Assembly: GCA_002811645.1 (NCBI GenBank)
Contig: PDIP01000019.1
Location: forward strand, 252,404 to 316,403
From: Corallochytrium limacisporum Hawaii
Lineage: Eukaryota > Protista > Pluriformea
DNA length: 64,000 nucleotides
Reading direction: 5' to 3'
Made by a program: the position numbers and the translations under genes. The notes under the pieces are model-generated. The model worked only from the letters and a program-made list of their open reading frames with translations. It did not search any database and was not told the DNA's origin. How positions within the stretch are numbered: position 1 is the first letter of the stretch; the number at the start of each line of letters is the position of its first letter. Below are positions 55,318 through 64,000 of this stretch, piece after piece.

Positions 55318-56754
55318 TTACAGCTTCAGGTCCTCAAGGTATGGGGCGGTCTTGGTGTTTCCATACACGCTCAGGGCAGCCTTGCCACCAAAGATCTTCT
55401 TGGCGACATTGCTGACGTCCGCGGCAGTGACCTTGTCGTAGGAAGCGGCAACGGCCTCAGGGCTAACATCCTTAGCACCACCGGCAGCCTGGGTAGCCAT
55501 GACAAGCACACGCTCGCTTTCGTGCTCACAACGCATGAGCAGGTCAGCCTTGGCCTGGGCAACACCGCGCGCGACGTCCTTGTCAGTAAGTGAACCACTC
55601 TTGGCCTTCTGCAGGACTCCAGTGACGGCATCCATGACCTTACCAGCCTTGTCAGCCTCAACCGCACCATAGACACCGAACAATCCACTGTCAGTGTGGG
55701 CTGCACTGAACGCATTGGCGCTCACAGCAGCACCAGCACCAGCCGCTTCCTTCGCAACGTTCTGGATGGAACCAACCTCTCCGCCCCACTTGACGCGGGA
55801 GCCGGCGCCCAGAGCATACTGCAGTACAGTGGCAGCTGCGGCATCCGCGGCATTCACCTGAGGAGCCTCAAAGGCCAAGGCAAAGTTAGTCATGAAAGCT
55901 CCCTTGTGTACGCGGCTCTCACCAGCGCGGAAGACGGACTTGACCTTCTCACTCTCGGACAGACCGGTCTTGCTGAAGTACTCGTTCACCATGGCCATGG
56001 TGTTCTGATGCTCAGGTCCAACCACTACCAGGACGGCACCCTCAGTGCGCATGTTGCTACCGAAGGCCTGCATGGATTGGCTGTTGATGTTGGGGATGTC
56101 AAAGTCGCGGGCAAACATGGGGGCGCTCAATCCCTGGCGGTAGGCAGTTCCGTACAGGTTCTCAATAACAACAGACTCTGGCAGCGCAGCAATAGTCTGC
56201 TGGTCATGCTTCACCCGTCCAATAACGTCATTCAGTTCCCAATGGCGGAACTCAGCATTCTCCACCTCATCGGCGATGGTCTCAATACCCAGATCAGTGT
56301 GATCCCGAACAAGGCGCGCACTCAACAGTAGCTGTTCCCGGTTGCCGGTGGCACCCAAAGTGGCTCCCAGAGACTCGAATTCGCGGACAATACGCAAGTT
56401 AGTGCGGTTCTTGGTGGAAAGGAAGGCAGCGTGGCGCAGTGCGTGAGCACAGCCATCCTGGCCTTCGCCCTGGTAGCGAGCACCAGCGTTGGCGACGTAC
56501 ATTACAGAGCTAAGGGGTTTCGCCGTCTCTACAGTGACAACCATCATCCCGTTCTCAGCGCGACCAGTTTGAACCTTTCCCTTGAGCAGATCAGCCTCGG
56601 CGGGCTTCTGCGCATTGATGCCAGGAATAGGGGTATCGAGAGTGGCTTCACTACCCAGGAAGCTCATGTGACGCACGGCACTGACAAAAATGCTGGGCTG
56701 TGCGACCCGGGCACTGCGCGCAGCAGCGACCGTCCTAGACACCGTAGACAGCAT
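55318..56754 (-). CDS. UQCRC2: Cytochrome bc1 complex core protein 2 (M16 peptidase family, non-catalytic)
   Basis: Mitochondrial presequence; NAGARY, GCAHALRHAAFLST (no HxxEH), LQYALGAGSRVKWG, HTDSGLFG, C-terminal PYLEDL. Confidence 0.93.
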   Translation of the reverse strand: MLSTVSRTVAAARSARVAQPSIFVSAVRHMSFLGSEATLDTPIPGINAQKPAEADLLKGKVQTGRAENGMMVVTVETAKPLSSVMYVANAGARYQGEGQDGCAHALRHAAFLSTKNRTNLRIVREFESLGATLGATGNREQLLLSARLVRDHTDLGIETIADEVENAEFRHWELNDVIGRVKHDQQTIAALPESVVIENLYGTAYRQGLSAPMFARDFDIPNINSQSMQAFGSNMRTEGAVLVVVGPEHQNTMAMVNEYFSKTGLSESEKVKSVFRAGESRVHKGAFMTNFALAFEAPQVNAADAAAATVLQYALGAGSRVKWGGEVGSIQNVAKEAAGAGAAVSANAFSAAHTDSGLFGVYGAVEADKAGKVMDAVTGVLQKAKSGSLTDKDVARGVAQAKADLLMRCEHESERVLVMATQAAGGAKDVSPEAVAASYDKVTAADVSNVAKKIFGGKAALSVYGNTKTAPYLEDLKL

Positions 56755-58635
56755 GATGAATATTTACTTGATCTTTAGATGGCACAAGAGACCCTGCGGG
56801 TTCCAATATGACCTCTAATTTTCCCGTCTAGTACTAAGGACCTTTGAACACAGGATATTTTGTTGTTATGATTACAGTGTCTGAAATATCTGCCGGAACT
56901 TCATGGTAGATTGAATTCATCACTTATCCAATGGTTTCTATTGTGGTACCAATTCAGGGTGTCATAATACAGAAGGAATAATGAGGCACACGCTCCAGTG
57001 GATGTAGACCTGCGGGGTGCACCGTAGTTGAAACCTTGTGTTCCTGCGATGAGGGATACTAGGAGCCACGGTACCACACTCTGCAGCAGTGCCTTGTGCG
57101 GTGCAGAGCAATGTCCTCCATACTCTGGCCACGGTGCGACTTTTGGCTTCGGCTCGCCTGTCACAGAACTGGAAGGAAAACCTACGGGGCGAATAACCCC
57201 ACGAGTTCGCAGTGACAGTGTATACAAATTGCCCTACCTCCCCCCCCTCCTCACTTTTCTATCCCTGTGACCAGAAACACATGGGTTTGAAAACTGACCG
57301 GTGGTGTGGTCCCCTTTTCACAGATATGTAGGTGAATGTCTGTATCGGAACCAGTATTGCTGCTCCACCACCATTGAATAGACACTTTGGTCTGGATTAT
57401 ATCCTTTCTTACGGTGCCAATATAGATAGTTTGATACTTAACGAGTTAACGATGTGAAGGACATGTTCACACTTGCACTGCTAGATATAGGTCCTGACCC
57501 AAACCTTGGTCCAAGTGTGCCTGAGGACCTCCACTTTGCCCAGCTCCCGCAGGGGCTCCTCACCTCCACCAACTGTTTGTTTATAACCTCTCCATTGCAG
57601 AAATTTCAAGCAATTCAATATAAAAATCCCAACCCACCATAAACAAAGGACCTACTTGTCGAAACCAAACAAAACAAACAAAGGTGGAAATCGCAGAGCG
57701 CACGGCCCTCCCCCCCCCTCCCCCCCCTCGTTGCTTCCTTTGGCCCGGCACACGGAAGAGGAGAATTCAAAAATACACGGCAGGGGAAGCGGAAAGTGGG
57801 AAGAAAACAATTTTCTCTGGGACATTGTGTTGAAGATTCGACACCTGTTGGTTGTTGTTGTGGCCCTCACGGGCCAAAAGCTGTCACTGCTGGAGAGGTC
57901 TGTGCCACCGTACGTACACTGTGGGCCACGACGCGTGGCTTGTTTTCTCCCCACCTCACTCACAGCTTCCCGCACTGTAAATCTAAACTAACGATAGTTT
58001 TCACGGAGGTTAGGGTTACAGTTACTAATATGTGCCACTTGATTCTCGCTCCGTTGAAATTTTTCTTTAATGACCCGGAGGGACATATTTCTTAGGGCGG
58101 GGACATGGTGTTTTCGCGTACATTGACTACCGGGTCCGCAGCGGAGACGGCCAAACGGAGGCAGGGGTGGGCGTTAGGAGAGTGTATACGGAAATCGGAG
58201 AAGGTGACGGGCAGGGTCGAACAGCAGCCCGCGGTACTGTTGTTGGCTATCGTTCGGGTGGGTGGAGAGTCACTGTGGTCAGTTCGAACGACTGGAATAG
58301 AAAGTTTTCATCCCGGCTTTGCTTTAGAGTTGGGCCTGGAACCGCAGCGGAGGGATTTTGGCTGCTGAGACCCCCTTGAGGGGGGATTTTGGCGAGTCTT
58401 TGCGTTCAAAGATGGTGGTATTTGTGAGCCTTTCTCTACATATGACTACGAGGACGTGTACGTGGTCATCTCACAGAATGAGACGGAAGATCATTCAGCG
58501 AGAGATCGCAGAGTCGAATTCTTTTTCCATGTGATGGATATGGATGCAACACCGTAAACCCCTGCCCGTGATCGATCGGGCATAAATCATAAGAAACACG
58601 TACGGACATAGTGAGCGTACAAATACCTCGCAAGG

Positions 58636-61600
58636 ATGGCTTCTCTGGTGGTGCCCTTGGCTATCTGGAATCACCAGAAACCTGAGCATGAAGTCACTTG
58701 CGTTTCAGTGGTTTACGCAACAAGGTATATTTTGGACCCTTCCAAAATCAACATTCGATTGGATACAGAGAGAGATCGGTACGAGAATATTGTGTGTGGC
58801 CTTAGCACAGGCCAGATCTGTGTATGGCGGGCAATGAGGAGCTTGGATGGTAAGCCTCACGTCTTAGAGCCATTCATGTACCTGTTTGGACACACCAGGC
58901 CAGTGACATGTGTTTGTCCCACTTCAGCACCGCAGGTGAGCTTCGGAGCAGAGGGGCGTGAGCTGTTGGTCAGTGCAGACGCAGGAGGTGAGTTGCGCTG
59001 CTGGGATCCCCGGGACGGAAGATGCCTCTCAGCCAATTCACGGCTAGTCGACGGAAGAGTGAGGTGCTTGGCACCAGTGAGGGGCAAACCCCTGGTTGCG
59101 ATTGGAGGGGAGTTCTTAGACGTCATCGTTGTCTCTGCACCAAGCCTCCAGGTGATGTATACTCTACGCAGTGTCAACACTGCAGATTGGACCGCAGCTC
59201 TGACATGCGGCGATGTCCCTACTGGAGCTGACAGCATTATTGGGCAGAGTGTGGTTATGTCAGTATCACAGGCCGGAGCACTCCACGTCTGGGGGTTGGA
59301 GGAAGAAGAACCGCATCATGATTTAAGATCGACACCACAGCGCAAGTCGGACACTAGTCAGTCTAGTCCGAGCCAATCCACCCCAGCACGGCACTTTCAA
59401 ATTCCCCTCTTTGACCGTGTAGTCGATGTGGCCTTTGGCGACCTACGGTCTGAATGTTTTGCAATTGTCTGTCCGTCGTGTTGGTTCATTTACAGTTCCC
59501 GCCACTTCAAACGCCTCTGCACCATCAAAACTCCATTCCAAGGAAACCAACAGTTGAGTGGATTGCATTTTGTGGGACTACATCAATGTATTGTTTACAC
59601 AGCCGACGGGCAGGCCGCGTTGTACAATCTACCTGACTGCCTGATTCACCCTGCAGATCACCCAACAGAAGAGATCACAAGTGGGCATCGTGACATTCCC
59701 AGAGTTCTGGAGTTCTTCTGCTTTGATTGGGCCACTTTCGGTACTGAGGGAGATCACCTTGTGGCTACATCACCCCGACCTTCCGGTAGTACTGATGTTC
59801 TGACAATGGATAAGCTGAAGACGGGCAAGACACAGACCTTGTGGGAGATTCGCACCAATTATTTTGAAGCAACCTACTTCATGGCTGCTGCTAACAACAA
59901 GGGCGAGGTAGCGTTCTGGGATTTACAAGAAGTAAGTTCCTGTATTTGCGTCGACGACGAGAAGCGGAACAGTATGGAAGAAAATCACACCCAAGCAAAA
60001 ATTCAAAACCTCAGGGAGACCGCTGAAACATTGGAGTTACCGGCACTGCGTGCAAGCTTCTCTAGTGGCAGTAGTGAACCCAGCAACTCCCTGTCCAAGG
60101 TCGCGAAACATTTGTTGGTGCCGCCGGAGCCTGGAAAAGAACTTTACGTGGGGCCCAGCGCGAGACTTGATTTTGGAGTCTGGTATGAACAAAACGCACC
60201 GCAGTCCGCGGGTCGGGATGACAAGGAGAATGTCCTGACGTACACAATCTTTGTTGAGGACGAATATCTGGTCCAAGGGTATGATTCCGGCGACATTACA
60301 ATTTCACCAATCTCAGTGGCCTCAACAGAGCTGCTCCTGGACGCCATCCCAAATGTCACAGAAATATCCAATCATAACATCTCCGAATCGCACACCATCC
60401 ATGGTGGGCCGCCAAAGAGACAGGACTCGCACATGAGTTCCAGGTCATACTACGGAAGCATCAATTTAAAGAAAGCACATCATGGGAAAGTTACGTGCTT
60501 ATATTTCCCACAACGGCAACCTCATAGTTCATTGAATTCGCCAAGACGACTGGAATCTGGCCACGGCCCTCACAGTCCTGCCATGATGCGGCGTACGTTT
60601 TCGGCAGAGGGCAAGCTCCATGAGAGAGCATCATCTGTCAAAGGAAAGAAGCACAGCTTGTTGGGTGTTCAAATGCCCGCGCCAGCCAGTGCAGATCATC
60701 AAAACCTCGAGAAGAATAGTGTCTTCATCTCTGGTGGCGCGGATCACATGGTGAAAGTGTGGCGCGTCCGTGACGGTCAGCCAATGTATGCGTATAATTG
60801 CCATAGTGCACCCATCGAAAGCATCTTTGCTCCACCGGTGAGCTCCAATAACCAGGAATCATCACTCAACACTTCAGTATGCGTCGTTGGAGCGGACCAC
60901 ACTCTCTCAGTCGTTTCGTACCAAATGAAAGAGGTCATATTCAACCTCACAGGGCATGCCTTCCCCATCCACGGTGTTTATTTCAACTACAGCCAGGGAG
61001 TTATCATGGTACGGTGCCTCGACGAGAGCCTGTATTGCTGGCAGATGGGTTCTGGGCATCTTGACAGAGTGGTCATTGGTCAAAGAGCCTTTGATATGAT
61101 GGCAAACGTACCGACTGGCATGACACATAGGATTGATGTCACAGGCTCAAAGAGAAACTATATGAAGAATGTTCGCACCAGGACTAAACATTCCATGGAA
61201 GTCTTCGCTCTTCCTCTCGCGGATGGCATACAGCCAGTGCAACTGATCCTTGTCGACATCAAGCGCCTCATCCATGATGTCTATGCCGAGTCGAAAAAAA
61301 GAGGAGAGTACGCACAAATCACTCCTACTCCTGTCCGAAGTAGCATACCGATTCCTTATGACGTGCTGCAATCCACCAAGGCGTCATTCCAGATTGGGTC
61401 GGAGACCGCTTCGTCGGCCGATGATCCTGCTACAGACTCGCCCCGGAACAATGGTTCCACTGTGGCATCCAGTGTGGGTTCTCCTCGGGGCAGTGTGAGT
61501 TCCAATGCTACCCCGAAAAAGCAGAGGAAAAAGTCCCTCTTGAAACGTGTGGGTTCGCGGAAGAGTTTGAGAAAGAAAGGGCAACCACTTACAACGGCTC

Positions 61601-63363
61601 CAGAAATGGATTTGGCCGAAGAGGGAGCCAGCCAAGAGTACGATGACGATGAAAGTGGCATGCAGGATGTAGATATGGATGAACATCGACCACCGGCAGG
61701 GGTCGACAGTGTTTATTTCGAGACTGCGGCTCATCTGACGTTCAGTGCACTGCTTTCCTGGGGCCTTGACGAACATCTTGATGCGACGGCGCAACAGAAT
61801 TTGGGATTGTATCGACCCTTGGGCTCCCGAGTCTCGTACGGGATCCGTGGCGTTAGCGGTGGCACATCAGTGATGCTCCCTCGAGACGACTTTTCTCTCC
61901 GCCGCTGGAAGGTAAGCGAGTACGTCAGCTGTCTTCATCAGTTAAGCCTCATGTCCCTGGCCAGAGCTCTGATGACGGCAGATTCGGCCGCGGTCAAGAA
62001 TGACTGGTCGCAAATCATTGCTTTCTACTATGGCCAACTCAAGACCCAAGTGCCTGGCTTCATTCGTAGTAGTCCTGTAGGTCTCTGTCAGTTCCTGCAT
62101 GACACTCAACAGGATGTACAACAATCGGCTCGCACAATTCTGCTGTCCAATTTGAAATCCTTTGATACCGAGAGGCGATTGAGAATTACAGATGGTCTGC
62201 TGGCAGATCTGTCCATGAGCTCAGAGGATCCCACCCCTGTGCGCAATCTTGCGATTGTGCTACTGGGCATGATCCTCGCTCACTTTCCGGACGACATCGA
62301 CAATGTGCGTGCACAGGCCATTGTGACCCATCTCATGCACATGATGAGTTCACGGGATATTTCGGGCAATGACAGTCATGCTCCGTCCACACCGATGATT
62401 ACTTTGGGTGAGAACTCCGTTCCCGTACCCAGCCTTCAGATGCCACCAAGCAATCAACCCAATGTCGGTTCCGCAGTGACCGGCATGCTGCAGAACCAAC
62501 AACCGGTGGCGGGTCTGATGGGTGGCCAGCTGACGGCCATGTTCAATCGTCTCGCAGCGGCAGAGCTGCTTGGGCTGAGTATCCGCAAGTTTGCCTCGTT
62601 GATCAATGTCAACGTTGTGACTTCTACTCTGGTGGACTTGGCTGGTCAGGCGCGTAGTGATCCCAAAAATATTGCTAAGTTGATTATCGCGCGGTTGGCC
62701 CGTCAGGCCATTGTCTACATTGCCGAGGCTCAACCACAGCTTCTGCTAAAAGTGCTTCAGTCCAATGTCGCAAAGCACGACTCTGGTAAGGCCACGACTG
62801 CACTGAAGATCATAGCCACGGTCCTGAAACGCAATGCCTATCTGTTCGCTAATGACCTCGAGCTTGTGGTGGATCTGATCATGAAGACAATCGACCCGAA
62901 CCTACCACGGCTTCGCGAGGCGTGTGTTCAGGATGCCACTGTCGTCTTGCATGAATGCATCAGGCATTACAATAACGTTTCCTTCCACTCGGCCACCCAG
63001 CGCTTTGCCGTGGCCAGCGGCCGGCAGGTCATTATCTATGATGTCCGCACAGCCAGCCGGTACCAGGTGGTGGAGAACCCGACTCCGTCACCGATCACGG
63101 CGGTAACATTGAGCATGGATGGTCAGTCGTTGGCGACCTACTCGCTGCAGGACTCACAAATGCGGTGCTGGTCCCTCGGACACACATTCTTCTCCATGTT
63201 CTCGAGTCCAAAGCCGACTAAGACGGTCAGGGTTCAGTCCTTGCGGACCAAGCTTACGGAAAAGCAAATCCGCGACAACATAAACATGGTCTGCGTCAGT
63301 GAGACTACGGTGGTGCTACTGCGCGGTGAGGGTGTGCCTCAGGTGACTTTCAACATTGCTTAA
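58636..63363 (+). CDS. WDR7: WD-repeat protein 7 / rabconnectin-3 beta-like
   Basis: MASLVVPLAIW start, LFGHTRPVTC, HHGKVTCLYFP, GHAFPI...WQMGSGHLDRVV, LLSWGLDEHLD, MKTIDPN and C-terminal WD repeats; 1575 aa without introns. Confidence 0.88.
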   Translation: MASLVVPLAIWNHQKPEHEVTCVSVVYATRYILDPSKINIRLDTERDRYENIVCGLSTGQICVWRAMRSLDGKPHVLEPFMYLFGHTRPVTCVCPTSAPQVSFGAEGRELLVSADAGGELRCWDPRDGRCLSANSRLVDGRVRCLAPVRGKPLVAIGGEFLDVIVVSAPSLQVMYTLRSVNTADWTAALTCGDVPTGADSIIGQSVVMSVSQAGALHVWGLEEEEPHHDLRSTPQRKSDTSQSSPSQSTPARHFQIPLFDRVVDVAFGDLRSECFAIVCPSCWFIYSSRHFKRLCTIKTPFQGNQQLSGLHFVGLHQCIVYTADGQAALYNLPDCLIHPADHPTEEITSGHRDIPRVLEFFCFDWATFGTEGDHLVATSPRPSGSTDVLTMDKLKTGKTQTLWEIRTNYFEATYFMAAANNKGEVAFWDLQEVSSCICVDDEKRNSMEENHTQAKIQNLRETAETLELPALRASFSSGSSEPSNSLSKVAKHLLVPPEPGKELYVGPSARLDFGVWYEQNAPQSAGRDDKENVLTYTIFVEDEYLVQGYDSGDITISPISVASTELLLDAIPNVTEISNHNISESHTIHGGPPKRQDSHMSSRSYYGSINLKKAHHGKVTCLYFPQRQPHSSLNSPRRLESGHGPHSPAMMRRTFSAEGKLHERASSVKGKKHSLLGVQMPAPASADHQNLEKNSVFISGGADHMVKVWRVRDGQPMYAYNCHSAPIESIFAPPVSSNNQESSLNTSVCVVGADHTLSVVSYQMKEVIFNLTGHAFPIHGVYFNYSQGVIMVRCLDESLYCWQMGSGHLDRVVIGQRAFDMMANVPTGMTHRIDVTGSKRNYMKNVRTRTKHSMEVFALPLADGIQPVQLILVDIKRLIHDVYAESKKRGEYAQITPTPVRSSIPIPYDVLQSTKASFQIGSETASSADDPATDSPRNNGSTVASSVGSPRGSVSSNATPKKQRKKSLLKRVGSRKSLRKKGQPLTTAPEMDLAEEGASQEYDDDESGMQDVDMDEHRPPAGVDSVYFETAAHLTFSALLSWGLDEHLDATAQQNLGLYRPLGSRVSYGIRGVSGGTSVMLPRDDFSLRRWKVSEYVSCLHQLSLMSLARALMTADSAAVKNDWSQIIAFYYGQLKTQVPGFIRSSPVGLCQFLHDTQQDVQQSARTILLSNLKSFDTERRLRITDGLLADLSMSSEDPTPVRNLAIVLLGMILAHFPDDIDNVRAQAIVTHLMHMMSSRDISGNDSHAPSTPMITLGENSVPVPSLQMPPSNQPNVGSAVTGMLQNQQPVAGLMGGQLTAMFNRLAAAELLGLSIRKFASLINVNVVTSTLVDLAGQARSDPKNIAKLIIARLARQAIVYIAEAQPQLLLKVLQSNVAKHDSGKATTALKIIATVLKRNAYLFANDLELVVDLIMKTIDPNLPRLREACVQDATVVLHECIRHYNNVSFHSATQRFAVASGRQVIIYDVRTASRYQVVENPTPSPITAVTLSMDGQSLATYSLQDSQMRCWSLGHTFFSMFSSPKPTKTVRVQSLRTKLTEKQIRDNINMVCVSETTVVLLRGEGVPQVTFNIA

Positions 63364-63450
63364 CACATAGTCGTATCAAACACGCTTTGTTCTGCAGCCT
63401 ACGATACCTAGATCATAAAATTCTACAGCTAGACTTTAGGGGCATTGTCT

Positions 63451-63999
63451 TTAGTCAAATAGCTCACAAACCACAGGCCGCTCAGCCTTGACTTTCTCTC
63501 GGTGCAGGAGCGCTTCGCGCATGAGGCGTAAGGTCTTGGCGCTCGGTGGTCGGCCCACCTTACGACTGCGCAGCCTGCGCCTATACGCAGCCTCGAGCTG
63601 CCGATCCGCCGCGTTCATACGCGCTTCATATGCCTGGCGCGCCTGCTCGGCGCGTGCAAGCTTAACGAGGTGCCTACGTAGCTGGCGATTGTAGTCTTGC
63701 TGTGCACGCAGCCGCGCCTTGAGCTGGCGATAGCGCCGTCGGTCCGCGTCCAAGAGGTGCGCGGGCACATCGTCATCCTCATCATTGTCGTCCCCTTCCG
63801 TCTTCGTCTCAGATCGCCCCCAGGCAACACCTCGATTGCTGCTGCTGCCTGCTCCGCTCAGGCTACCAGCGTTGAGGATTCCGAGGCTAACCAGTTCCTT
63901 CCTAATCTTTTCCTCGAGGCGTAGAAGTAAAGATGGCTCTCCTGAAGCCTCACTGCCAATGGCTGTGGCTTGGTCTGCGTCATCATCGTCGTCATCATC
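63451..63999 (-). CDS. TADA3: Transcriptional adapter 3 (ADA3/NGG1), 3' part only; gene continues past the window edge
   Basis: The frame is open to the window end: LEEKIRKELVSLGIL...EDDDV...QLKARLRAQQDYNRQLRRHLVKLARAEQARQAYEARMNAADRQLEAAYRR, matching the ADA3 C-terminal helices. Confidence 0.8.
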   Translation of the reverse strand, partial: DDDDDDDADQATAIGSEASGEPSLLLRLEEKIRKELVSLGILNAGSLSGAGSSSNRGVAWGRSETKTEGDDNDEDDDVPAHLLDADRRRYRQLKARLRAQQDYNRQLRRHLVKLARAEQARQAYEARMNAADRQLEAAYRRRLRSRKVGRPPSAKTLRLMREALLHREKVKAERPVVCELFD

Positions 64000-64000
64000 T

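Noticed and set aside
1-64000. tRNA, rRNA, snRNA, CRISPR arrays, transposase or reverse transcriptase genes
   Set aside because: No cloverleaf/T-loop context, U-snRNA signature, repeat-spacer periodicity or TE protein motif was seen by eye. tRNAscan-SE and Rfam would be needed to exclude them.

Overview
Eukaryotic nuclear DNA from a compact, intron-poor genome. About 19 protein-coding loci are present, almost all with uninterrupted CDS, and some have candidate 5'-UTR introns. Intergenic DNA is rich in (GA)n/(GT)n and poly-G/C tracts, and there are three N gaps. The animal-like gene set (FoxJ2/3, Cip/Kip CDK inhibitor, annexin A7/11-like, WDR7, TADA3, DRC12-like) suggests a unicellular holozoan or other opisthokont protist (inference). 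Recognisable housekeeping genes are NDUFS1, ABCF3, acetyl-CoA synthetase, DAK/TKFC, UQCRC2, WDR7 and a partial TADA3. The most notable system is a head-to-head pair of bacterial-type genes beside acetyl-CoA synthetase: an ALDH21-type aldehyde dehydrogenase and an acetolactate-synthase-like ThDP enzyme resembling cyanobacterial 2-oxoglutarate decarboxylase. This looks like a horizontally acquired 2-oxo-acid decarboxylation shunt. Other highlights are a Cip/Kip inhibitor in a ~12 kb gene desert, a frameshifted flagellar DRC12/CCDC153-like relic, an atypical MAP2K, an F-box protein with tape-measure-like amphipathic repeats, and a recurring C(n)G(n) palindrome in intergenic DNA. All family assignments come from recalled motifs; no database search was run.
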